Shown here in pieces: positions 52,217 through 62,403 of a DNA stretch of 64,000 nt (positions within the stretch are counted from its first letter, which is position 1; every line of letters begins with the position of its first letter). This DNA is from Polymyxa betae A26-41 (Eukaryota; Protista; Endomyxa: Phytomyxea), in NCBI GenBank assembly GCA_003693705.1, contig RBZT01000499.1:310001-374000 (forward strand), given 5' to 3'. The notes beneath the pieces were generated by a model. It saw nothing but the letters and a program-made list of their open reading frames with translations, made no database searches and was not told the DNA's origin. The translations under genes and the position numbers were made by a program.

Positions 52217-53217
52217 ATGGTGCCGATCAGCTCCGGAACCAAGATAAATCGTTCTGAGGTCGAGCATTCAGCCTCACCTGTCAACATTATTGTTGATGTC
52301 TTCTGTCTAGCTGCTTCGAAATGTCAATCGATTCTTGAAAACGGATTATTCGTCGATGTCCGACCTTAGCGATGGTATGACATTTCCATGGTTTGATCGG
52401 GTCCAAATCTCAATTGATCAGGTGTGGCTTTCGCTCAGATTCTCCATGCCTGTCTTCCTGATCACTTGCCTCTTTGCAAAGTCAACTTCAACGTGAAAAA
52501 CAAACTACAAGCATTGAAAAACTTGAGTATTGTTGAGCAGACGTTGAGAAGCTCTGACTTGCTCAAGACCTGTCCTAGTAATTAGCATTCAACCTTCTCT
52601 ACTAATCATGTAACAATCTGTGTCAGAACATAAGATTGCTGCCCGATCGTCGTTGGAAATCTATCAGTTTCTAAGATGGTGTTGGACGTTAATGACCAAC
52701 AATTACAGTCATGTGGTTGTCCCATACAGGTATCTAACAGCAGCACATTTCTGCCTACCAATTTCTTACGTATACTCTCAGGGCAGACGAATGGCGAAAT
52801 GCCATCCAGCAAAGTACTACGGGTAGCTTGATCTGTAATATTTGGAAGGGATTCGCTCACTGATGCAGAGAAATTGGAGCATCCAGACCTTGGCCTCGAT
52901 TCGAGTGAGAATAACTTCAATTCAGAAACAGGCAGGTTGTGCAAGGAGTTAGAAGACGACATCATATCACGAATGTCTTCGTTGAAAACATCGTTGACGG
53001 AATTGAATAAGTTGAGATCGTATAACGACTTGCTCCGACATGATGTAGCCAAGCTCAGGGCAAGTGTTTGCTTTGGCTTGTTTGCCATTCTACATTACTG
53101 AGTTATATTCCTTAGGCTGCCTGTGAAGAACACGCTCGTCATCCGCTTGCTGTGAGGCTATTAGCATGTATCAGACCTCAAACGTCGGAAACACGAATTA
53201 TAAAGACCATTGGATAG
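52217..53217 (+). CDS. Divergent EB1/MAPRE-family protein (CH domain plus EBH-like coiled coil; fragmented in the ORF track)
   Basis: Manual splicing gives INRSELLRNVNRFLKTDYSSMSDLSDGVAFAQILHACLPDHLPLCKVNF...ALKNLSIVEQTL...IYQFLRW and C-terminal LNKLRSYNDLLRHDVAKLRAACEEHARHPLAVRLLACI, colinear with EB1. Confidence 0.75.
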
Positions 53218-53405
53218 GATTTAATTCTTGTGAATGTCTAAAACCCATAATCGATTGAAGAGATGTAACTAGCCTTACAAATACAATATGAAGAAGTCGA
53301 AGAATAAAAACGAATATGCAGGATGTTGTGGTTGCAACAATTCTTCCAGAATGGATTTCAATTGCGAGGCAAAATCTACTTACTGGCCGCATTTACATAT
53401 CTGTC

Positions 53406-54498
53406 ATGAGTGACGATGACTTTCTTGAGCTTTTCAGCAACTTCCTTACTAGTATTCGCATCCATGATGTCGGCGACTCCAAGCGGCATGCAATACTGCA
53501 TGAAGCCGAGGGAGCTCTGTGCTCGATAATGTCCAACAACGGCATCGTTGCATCGCTGGAGAAACAGCCAAGCCGAGCTTCGGGTTCGGATGGGAGTATC
53601 AGCGATAGCGATCGACGTGTTTTGGAGAAAATCGGAAGGGCAATTCTAACAGAACATCCCGATCACCTGAAAATGAGAGAGATATTGGAATTATTAGACG
53701 GAGATAAAGATGGGTTCGTTATGATTGGCGCCGACAATCTGTTTTTCTAATGTGTGTCAAGGAGGATTAGTGCAACCGATTTGCAGAATGGGCTCAAAAT
53801 TCACATGAACACCGAGGTAGTTATCGAAACCTGTTCTGGATGCGATTAGACTTTGAACAACCTTAGTTGTCAATGAATCAAATTGAAAGCATGATCGAGC
53901 TGTTTGATAAAAATCGCACAGGAAAATTGCACTACTTTCAACTGGTTCAATTATTACAGGTCAGTTCTGTCTTGTCTTTATTCTCAGCATTTATTCATGC
54001 AATTAGATCGCCATGCAAAATGCCATTGAAGATGAAGATAAGATTATCCATACTCCAAGACCGTCGTTTCTTGCTAACGAACGCGAACTCCTGGATCAAA
54101 TTGGTGCCTATGTTGATTCTAGTCCACATGCAGGTTTAATCAAGGATCTGTTCTTTCATCTATCGAAAACCTATGCACATTTAGTGACTTCTCATGAATT
54201 ACTCGAGTTCTGTCGTCGTTCTGGTATAAGATCCGCAACGTATGGATTGGTTGGATTCGTGACTTTAATTTAATCGTAGTTTAGTCAGGAATTGGTCGAC
54301 CGTATAGTAGAGCATTTCAATCCCAGAAGCAATGGTTCCAGCATCCATGCACTATCATATGCTCAATTTGCAAGATTATGTTCGGAGAGCGCTAACAGGA
54401 ATTTCAAAACGGCCCCCGAGATCGACAACCCAGCTATTTGCCCTTCAGCTGAAGAGAATCTTTCCAATCGCATCATCCGTGATGAAGCGATCTTATAG
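53406..54498 (+). CDS. EF-hand domain protein (start uncertain, 53316 or 53406)
   Basis: LLDGDKDGRISATDL and LFDKNRTGKLHYFQL loops across spliced exons. Confidence 0.75.
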
Positions 54499-54683
54499 TC
54501 CATCAATGTAAAAAAATCCGATTTTCAAACGAGATTAAACAGTCTACGAATCAAATAGGCGAGAAACTTCAGTCAAGGAAGCGCAATATTGATGGATCGG
54601 CAAAATGGTCTCTCCTATTTGGGATTGTTCAAGTCTTAATAGGTGTTAAACCAGAGTCAAGTCGTCGTCAAGACTCCAGTGAC

Positions 54684-55790
54684 ATGACAGATCACGATCC
54701 ATTTCATATCAATTATTGTCCAAGGCGAGGTCGTTATCTCGTGGCTGCCGAACGCCTCTCAGTCGGTCATGCGATCTGCTCGGGGACACCGATTGCCAGG
54801 GCATTGTCAATCAGCAATGTCAGAACAAGATGTCATAACTGCTGGTCGCCGCTTCAGAGCACATTACGCTGCTCGTCGTGCCATTTTGCCCATTACTGCT
54901 CTGTCAGCTGTCAAAAGGCGTCATGGGCTCAGCATAAAAACGAATGTCTTGTGATCAAGCACGTCTGTATTCCTCGCCAGGTTCAGCCGACGCCATCATT
55001 GTTAGTTCTGTTCAATACTATATTGCAACAACCTTCCGATCCTCTTTCAAATATGGTGTCCAACTGGGAGTTGATTCCAGAGAAAAGAAAAGCAGAATTT
55101 ATGCAAATGGCTGTTTTGTTGAATGAGATGCTAAACGCTGTTCAAGATTTCCATCATGCTCACTCGTTGAAATCTTTAGCACAGCTTTTTGCCAGACATC
55201 ACGTCAATTCTTTCACCATTACTGATGGCGAAATGCAGCCGATCGGTATCGGAATCTATCCCTATCCGATGCATCTGCTCAATCATTCCTGCCGACCAAA
55301 TGCTGTTGTTGTTTTCGAGCAGTCCAACTCCAGAGCGATTGTCAAAGCCTCGCGCGTCATCAATCCCAATGAAGAGATTACAATAGCCTATTGTGATGTG
55401 ATTAGGGAAATGGCTCAACGGCATCCAGAGCTTCTTGAACAATATGGCTTTGAATGCTCATGTAAAGGACCCGAGGATACTGACCTGCTACGTTCATCTG
55501 TAAAATTGCAGGGCAGGTTTTTAGAGATGCTTGATGCTGAAGATCACGATGCGGCTGAGCAAATCTTATCGTCAATTCAAGCTGAAAAGATCTATCAATA
55601 TGCTCGCATCCAGTTGGGTCTTCATTTTCTAAAGTTGGGGAAATTACGATTGTTCCTGAGGCGTCCGGGAGCAAAACCATGTTTAGATCGCGCTCTCTCC
55701 ATTCTTCGCAAGCTCCTGGTATCTGATGATCCAGTTCTGGCTGAGGCTGAGCAGCTATACCAAGAAGCGTCGTATCAACCAGATCGATGA
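54684..55790 (+). CDS. SMYD-family SET and MYND lysine methyltransferase (intronless)
   Basis: RGRYLVA, MYND finger CHNC..CSSCHFAHYCSVSCQKASW.QHKNEC, NHSCRPN, EEITIAY and YGFECSC. Confidence 0.93.
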   Translation: MTDHDPFHINYCPRRGRYLVAAERLSVGHAICSGTPIARALSISNVRTRCHNCWSPLQSTLRCSSCHFAHYCSVSCQKASWAQHKNECLVIKHVCIPRQVQPTPSLLVLFNTILQQPSDPLSNMVSNWELIPEKRKAEFMQMAVLLNEMLNAVQDFHHAHSLKSLAQLFARHHVNSFTITDGEMQPIGIGIYPYPMHLLNHSCRPNAVVVFEQSNSRAIVKASRVINPNEEITIAYCDVIREMAQRHPELLEQYGFECSCKGPEDTDLLRSSVKLQGRFLEMLDAEDHDAAEQILSSIQAEKIYQYARIQLGLHFLKLGKLRLFLRRPGAKPCLDRALSILRKLLVSDDPVLAEAEQLYQEASYQPDR

Positions 55791-55953
55791 ACCGCTTCAT
55801 GTACCAACTTTGATAAACGTCAGATTGCTCGGTTGGCCGTTTAGCGACCATGGCTTAGATTTCTACACCGCAAACCTCTACATCTCTGTGGTCATTATGA
55901 AGGGCTAACAACATGCTCATACAGATGTGAGTTTGGCAGCGCAGAATTTCAGA

Positions 55954-58900
55954 ATGTCCAAATGGCGAGACGAGGTCATTTCAGCTCTGCATGGTCGAAG
56001 GCCGACCTGCTGTCAATGCGATGATAGGACGTCGTCGTCCTGCCTGGATCGCATCGCGCAGCGTTTACCCTCGTCCAGACCTATCTCAATTCGTGAGCTA
56101 ATCATTGGGGCTGTCTCTGTGCAAGTAACATCCATACTCGCTGGATTCTGCTTTTGTCATTGATTGTCAACTAGAGTGGAACACTCAGCCGATTTTTAAT
56201 CTGCAAAATCGGATTCGAACCTCGTTATGGTTGTCCAACGATATTTGATGATTCAGGCGTTGTCTTAGCTGCATTAACTTCCACCGATCTCTCTTTATAT
56301 GACCAATGGCTGGTTATTTCAATCTGGAATTTCTTCGTTATCGGTAACAAATTTTATCTAGAGGTAGAATTGCAGAATTCCGTTGTGATCGCGGTAACAC
56401 TGCTTAGATCGATTGCCAGTCAGCTTGGCCTTTATTTTGCGAATCGAAATCTCGTCCTGCCTCATTACGTCCGGATGCTGTATCTTTATCAGAATGTGAA
56501 TCTTTGCTGTCTGGTAATTCTCATGTCTCGGTTCGATTCAAAGTGTCTGCTATCAGTGCCGCTTTCCCAGGCGACCAACTGTTCATCGTTGATGTCACCT
56601 GTGTGAAAAACCCAGCCTCTGCATGTTTCATTGTTTTTGCCAAAGAGCATATTCACTTCCATCCGTTTATTCGGGTAGGATGCAGCTACATCGCATCATT
56701 TCTCCGGTTGAAAATCATCCAAGACGCTAAACAAGTCACTCGACCTGTACTGCTGCTTACCTCCCTCTCAGCCATTCATCTCATCTCTGAGCTCAGATTC
56801 GATTTGAAGCTCTGTAATTCCCAATCGCAGCTAGTGCCGCATTCTGTCGTTAATTACGAAGGCGTTATAACTGGGCAGCTTATGGATGGCGTCTTCCAAT
56901 TGGATCACAATATCAATGTCTATTTCACACACGCTCGTCTTCATTGGCTTCGAGCTGGAATCGGTTTGCGGAAAGGCGTTCATCTAAGGCTGTTTAATGT
57001 CCATGTGGTGTATACTGGCCCCGATATGATTGACCTAGCTCTATGTACATATAGCAGTGTGGAATTTGTTAAGCTATCTGCCAGCATGGACAGTTGCCTT
57101 CCATGGGAAAATCCGGCCATTGCCTATTGGTGTAATCGGCTCAATCTGCCACATACTATACTGCTTTGCCGAACGCTGATGACTTTGAAGAAGAAATTTC
57201 GCCGTCGGATTTCCAGCTCCCAACTTCTTCAAGGCTCTGAATCCTGTCAATGTCTCGACCTGCTGTTTGATGAAACTTGTGCTCTCAGCTTTAAGCGCTC
57301 CATCTACTGCGAATTTCTCGATCATGAACACTGCTCGCTGGTTCCTCACCCGAGCTTAATTTTATATCGTCCTCTGCGTTCAGTGCGAAAAATTGCAGAA
57401 TTGGTCGACTATTACCAAGCTGATATGGTCTCTGTTGGACCAGATCGAGTTTTTATGAGCTCTGGCCAGGAGATATTAGCAGCAATGTTTTCAGCGGATA
57501 GTACATTCGGAACACTGATGGTTTCTGACGATAAACAATTTTCTGTGAGATGCTTCATGGATGGCCTTCAACTACACGATCTTAGAAGGCCGTTTGTGTC
57601 GAAGGATTTCGCCATTGTCAACGATTCTGCAGAACTTACTTATATCGAGCTGTCACTTGAAAGTTGTCAATTTGTTGGGCAGAATAGTCCTTCACCCGCC
57701 CGCGCTGATCGTCTCAATGTACGCGGCCGTGTTCTACAAGTCATTCCTGCAGCTGTTAAGGCCAGCGTCGTAGCGTCATCACAATCGTTTAGTGCTCTTG
57801 TTGAACTGACAAATCGGGCATCAGCTCTCTTTGTATTCAAAGGCGATGCTTCTGCCTTAGAATCAACAATCTCTATTAACTGTTTTTATAACTTTCGCAA
57901 TATCGTCCCGTCGTCGGCGGATTCGTGCCCAACGTTCATTCTGGATAATTTTAGTGAGATCGATCTGCTTAGCTATGAAGACTCCGAATTCGATTCAATC
58001 GATAATATCGTGTCGCTTGATCTCAGCACGGACCCGGTACATTCCATCATCTCAATAAGCGGCATTGTAATGGCGAAAAACGTTGTTTCCGTCCCTGGTT
58101 CAGAGCGACACCAAATCAAACTACATCTGACTCTTCGAAGTGAATATTCACCTCACACTGTGGATGCTTTCTTGCCTCTCGACCGAAGACGAATGCCTCT
58201 GGGAATCTTGGTTGGACGTAAGATCCACCTTCATCGTATAGCGCGATGCGTTGTTTCGTCTGGCAGCCTATGCTTATTCGGTTCTGCTGAAACCGTCGTC
58301 AGAGTTCCTGCTCAGCCTCTGATTATGCCTCTACCAACGTGCTCCTCCTCCGTTCCGCTTTCTACTCTTTCTTCGCTTAAAGGATCCTGCACAGCGCGGA
58401 TTTCTGGGATGGTCCGACGCGTTCATGTTCGCTTGATTTCTGTTGTTTCGATGACGTTGCATTGGTCATGTCCATGCTGTAACAGCTGTGTGCTGTCGCC
58501 ATTTGACCGTTGCCTATCCACTGGAGGTCGAGTTACAGCTCGGTTAACCTGCAAATTGACAGCTATGGTGGACGATGGGACAGCTGAGGCTTCTCTCAGC
58601 TGTTCGAAGAATCAGCACTCCATGCCATTGCTACCTGCAAACATGATAGAGTATCTACCGCGCCTAAGGCATCTCGCTGATAAGACTGGTGTGTTTTATT
58701 ACGAGAGGGGGAAGACGCTACCCCCTGAATGCCTCACCATCGAACAAATTTTGAATGAAAGCTTACAACGGACGGCGACATTTCGAGTTTTGGCCAAAGC
58801 AAGAATGCCCGGGAGATTCATTGAGAATGACAAATTTGAAATCTCTGCCAAGCCGAAGGAGACGAGCGTAGCTTTTGGCAAAACTTCATTAGTTACGAGT

Positions 58901-59008
58901 TCTTTGCCCAGGCTTATTCTGTCTCCTGTGCTAATTGAGCGAGTGTCAGCTAAAGAAGAACTCAATCAACTTTTATCCAAGCTGTCGCAGGAAACTCTGA
59001 ATCCTTGA
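55954..59008 (+). CDS. CTC1: CST complex subunit CTC1-like multi-OB-fold protein (5' exons uncertain)
   Basis: VVNYEGVITG..GVFQLD..YFTH..GLRKGVHLRLFNVH, PLGILVG..LHRI, Zn ribbon CPCC..C and MVDDGTAEA match CTC1 motifs. Confidence 0.75.
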
Positions 59009-59046
59009 TTACTCATTGTATATAATTAAGTTCTTCGTGATTTTTT

Positions 59047-60147
59047 TTACAATAATCTGCTACCGTACTGTCGTAATGCGAACTTGGCCATTCCTTGAGA
59101 AGGCGTCATTGTCACTTTGGCCAGCTTATATGGGACATTGAACTGCATCAGATACTGCTCAAACTTTTGACAGAACGACTTTTGCTTCCACAACGATCCA
59201 ACCAGCACTAACGGATGAGGTTGCTTGATGTCGGTCCATCCCATTTTCCTGGCAACATTCCGCACTGTGAGCGCCAACTGTTTTACTTCTTCATCGATAA
59301 TGATCGTTGCAACAGGATCAGCCTGATCGTAAGCTGAGAAAACGATCGGGGCCAGGCCTGCAACATCGCTCCATTCACGTCCGCCATTTTTATACCTCCA
59401 AGGGATCACATTGGACTTGAATGAGTTAGGTAGCCATCCAAGATGGTTTTCGATCAGGGGTTGCAACAAGGTCGGCGGCCCACGACCATCAACCGCTTCG
59501 CAACAAGCTACCAGAGCGCGATTCCCGAGAGCGTGACCAGATCCAAAGCTTCCAAGTAAGGGTCCCCAGCCTCCAGCCGACTCTTGGCGGTCATTATCAA
59601 CGGCCATGCTACGACTTCCATCAGCGAAAGGAACGAAATGTTTGAGGTTGATACCAGTTTGAGCCAGTTCCTGCAATCAGAGCGAAACCTGACTACAAAT
59701 TCCTTTAAAAGTCTGTATCGAGAACATCAGGCATGTTGTCTTACCATGACGCCATCGGTACCAGACATGATAGCTGCGATCACGTCATTGTAAACCTGAT
59801 TGTCAAATCAGCATACGCCGGCTAATCCGAGCCATTCGGACCTCAATCATAGCATCAGGGAATCTTTCTTGAATCCAGGCTTTGATCCGTTCCGAATCGT
59901 TTTTGCTGGATACGCCACTGATTCCAGCAGCGATATATACAACCTCAGTATTGCTGTCGACATGACCCAAGGCCTCCTCAATGACATTGAGGATCGCATT
60001 ACGAGCGTTCTCCTCGCCGACGGAATGCGAGTTGCTGGCATCGCCTTGTGTCTCGTAAAGGATTTGACCGGTTTCGGCATCCACCAAGGTTATCTTAGTG
60101 GAACTGCCACCACCATCGATTCCAATGCAGATCCTGCGTGGTGACAT
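59047..60147 (-). CDS. NAGK: N-acetylglucosamine kinase-like (BadF/BadG/BcrA/BcrD sugar kinase)
   Basis: IGIDGGGSSTK, AGISGV, NDVIAA, AGGWGPLLG..GSG, AVDGRGPPT.L and LVLVGSL. Confidence 0.85.
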
Positions 60148-60614
60148 TTACAGAAGTTTGAAACAAGGCCTGGGAGGCTGCGCTGCTGTTAAACACTCGA
60201 TCATTTCGGTAACGTAACTCGCCAGATTATGAGTGATCAAAAAGAGTGAACATGGGCCAGCGTCAAGAATGCTTTTTAAAAATGCAAATCAACAAAGCTA
60301 AACATATTCTGTATCTTTATCGTTGAAGGTCATGGCCCGTTGAACCGAGACCATCACAGCGTGCTATACGGTAACGTTACTATCTGTCGTTGTCACTCTG
60401 ATAATTCTTAAATTGTTCCTGATCACTGTTGACAAGTTCTGTTTACATAAAAACCATTCATTGAAACCCGAATGCATCGATAGGATGCTGATGTTAATGT
60501 GAGCGCCCAGGCTCCCACCATTGTTCTCTTGAAGTGAATGTTGCTTGAACCGCAAACAGAGAAACTGGATAGAAAGAAATGACCCGAATGGATATTCGAT
60601 TTGATTATGAGATG

Positions 60615-60826
60615 AACCTGTCAGACTAGCGCCATCGCAACCATAAGCTGGAATGATAGCAAATGGTACGGTCATCGTGGATGCTGGCCAAAAGAATGGC
60701 CAGATCCAGCCTCACGCTAAGCGAAGGCGCTTTTAAGTCATCGTCCAGGTTGGTAGATCTGTCATATTTGGGTATGACTAGACAGGAGAAATCACTATAG
60801 AAGTGATCCTGTACAAGTATGATCTT
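60615..60826 (-). ncRNA. U3: U3 snoRNA (copy 2, sequence variant)
   Basis: Reverse complement of copy 1 with a few substitutions (after box C', box B TAGCGTGAGG, one after box C); all boxes and the terminal stem are intact. Confidence 0.92.
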
Positions 60827-60836
60827 GAAGATAAAC

Positions 60837-60895
60837 GGCGTCAGTTCAGGGGCTGAAGTAATCGATATACCCAGGTAGGTCCATTATGGGACCTT
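60837..60895 (-). promoter_or_regulatory. Candidate snRNA-type upstream promoter of U3 copy 2
   Basis: Same conserved blocks and spacing as upstream of copy 1. Confidence 0.65.
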
Positions 60896-61116
60896 CGACT
60901 ACGAAACTGCGCAAAAAGATGGCTCTCTCAAAACCGAGATATTCGTAAAAGATTCAGTATAAAGCACATGCCTAACGGTAAATTGCAGTGCCAAATGTAT
61001 GTTTCATTTAGTAACTGAATCTGTTTTGAACCAGTACATAATGTACGTAGATTAGCTTAGGTGGTTAAGTAAGCAGATAATCGATATACTAGCTAGGAAT
61101 TGCAGAAGGCAAATCA

Positions 61117-61850
61117 TCAGCTGCTGGGATAATAATGCTTGTAGTAGAACATGCTATCCATTTCATCTTTGTCTTTAAACAGTGCTGCGACCTGAAATTG
61201 TTCCGCTTCAGAAATCAGGATTGGGCCGTCGTAATCGTCGCAGATATCCAGAGAGAAATATCTGTTATCGATGCCAACAGAGGATTCCACATGCTGCCTC
61301 CATAATCTCAGGAGGGAGAAAACTAATTCACTATAATCAGCGAATGATTGTTTTACAACGAACGTATTGACTATACACGTCAAAAGGCAGCTTATAGAAG
61401 ATAATATCATCAAGCTATTGACGAGAAGAGTTTCAACTCGAGCCAGACTTCTCACTTGCAACCTTATCTCTGTTCGGTCGGAAAGAAAATTGACGACGAA
61501 AGAGAAATTGAAAATACTTTGGACGATGCTGAGAACTAAGCACTTTAACGATGATATCAATGTATGTATCGTACATCATGCATATCAGCCTACCAGCATC
61601 AAAGGCGAAATATTAGCATTCTCTGATTTAATCAGAAATATAGCCGAAAGAATTAACAAACTCCACAGCACCAGATTCTCGAACCGACCAATCACACACC
61701 ACAGAATCGCACATACCTGCTCATGAAATCAACAATTGGCGAGTCCACAGCACTGCCTCGACAAGCCTACGAACAAAATGAATTGGAAGAAGGCAGAAAA
61801 TCCGCCTCGCCCAGGTTTCCGACTTGGACGACTCTGCAAAGCTCATGACA
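61117..61850 (-). CDS. Hypothetical membrane protein (5' exons unresolved)
   Basis: 147-codon terminal exon with hydrophobic segments, plus upstream GT-AG-bounded exons; start not determined. Confidence 0.4.
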
Positions 61851-61983
61851 TTAACCAGATCGTGAGCATTAACAGCCTTCTTGTCTGTTTAATAGACAGC
61901 AGTATCCTGTGCACCCTCTGACGTCACACCTATATAAAGGCGGCGCAACCCTCCATGTCATCGTCCTATCGACTAACAAGCTA

Positions 61984-62095
61984 GTCTCTTATAGCAATTG
62001 CTTCGACAGAATCTAGACAATTGGATTTTTAGTCCGATTGGATCTCTGACGGGATTCGGATGCGCAACGCGCGGGTTCGAATCCCGCCAGAGACG
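61984..62095 (+). other. tRNA-derived or tRNA-like element, non-canonical
   Basis: Perfect T-arm gcggg-TTCGAAT-cccgc followed by acceptor-like cagagac-g that can pair with gtctct at 61984. The D-loop GG is missing, and an inverted copy of the T-arm/acceptor half lies at 62043-62058. Confidence 0.5.
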
Positions 62096-62403
62096 CATAT
62101 TATTTGTGGAAGCAATGAAGACCACATAACCTAGCTCATTCTGATCAATGTCACTTGATCTTTGGATCTTGATATATGATGTTCGCTCAACAGTCGGAGC
62201 TTTTCACATTAGTTTTGCTTCCACATTGCGTGCCATCCAGCCTACCGTAGTAGCTTTTTAGACTTCACACTTTTCTATAAATACATACTGTAGAGTGTAG
62301 AGTAAGAAAATATAATAGATGGAGACCGCCTCCTTCAGCTGAAGGGGCCATCTTAAGTGTGTAACGAAACAATGCGGTGTACTTCATTTCAATTCAGTTT
62401 TTA

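Noticed and set aside
52606-53088. 160-aa minus-strand ORF
   Set aside because: Antisense to the EB1-like gene, which explains the region.
61050-61075. tagcttaggtggttaag resembling a tRNA D-arm
   Set aside because: No matching acceptor stem or T-arm nearby.
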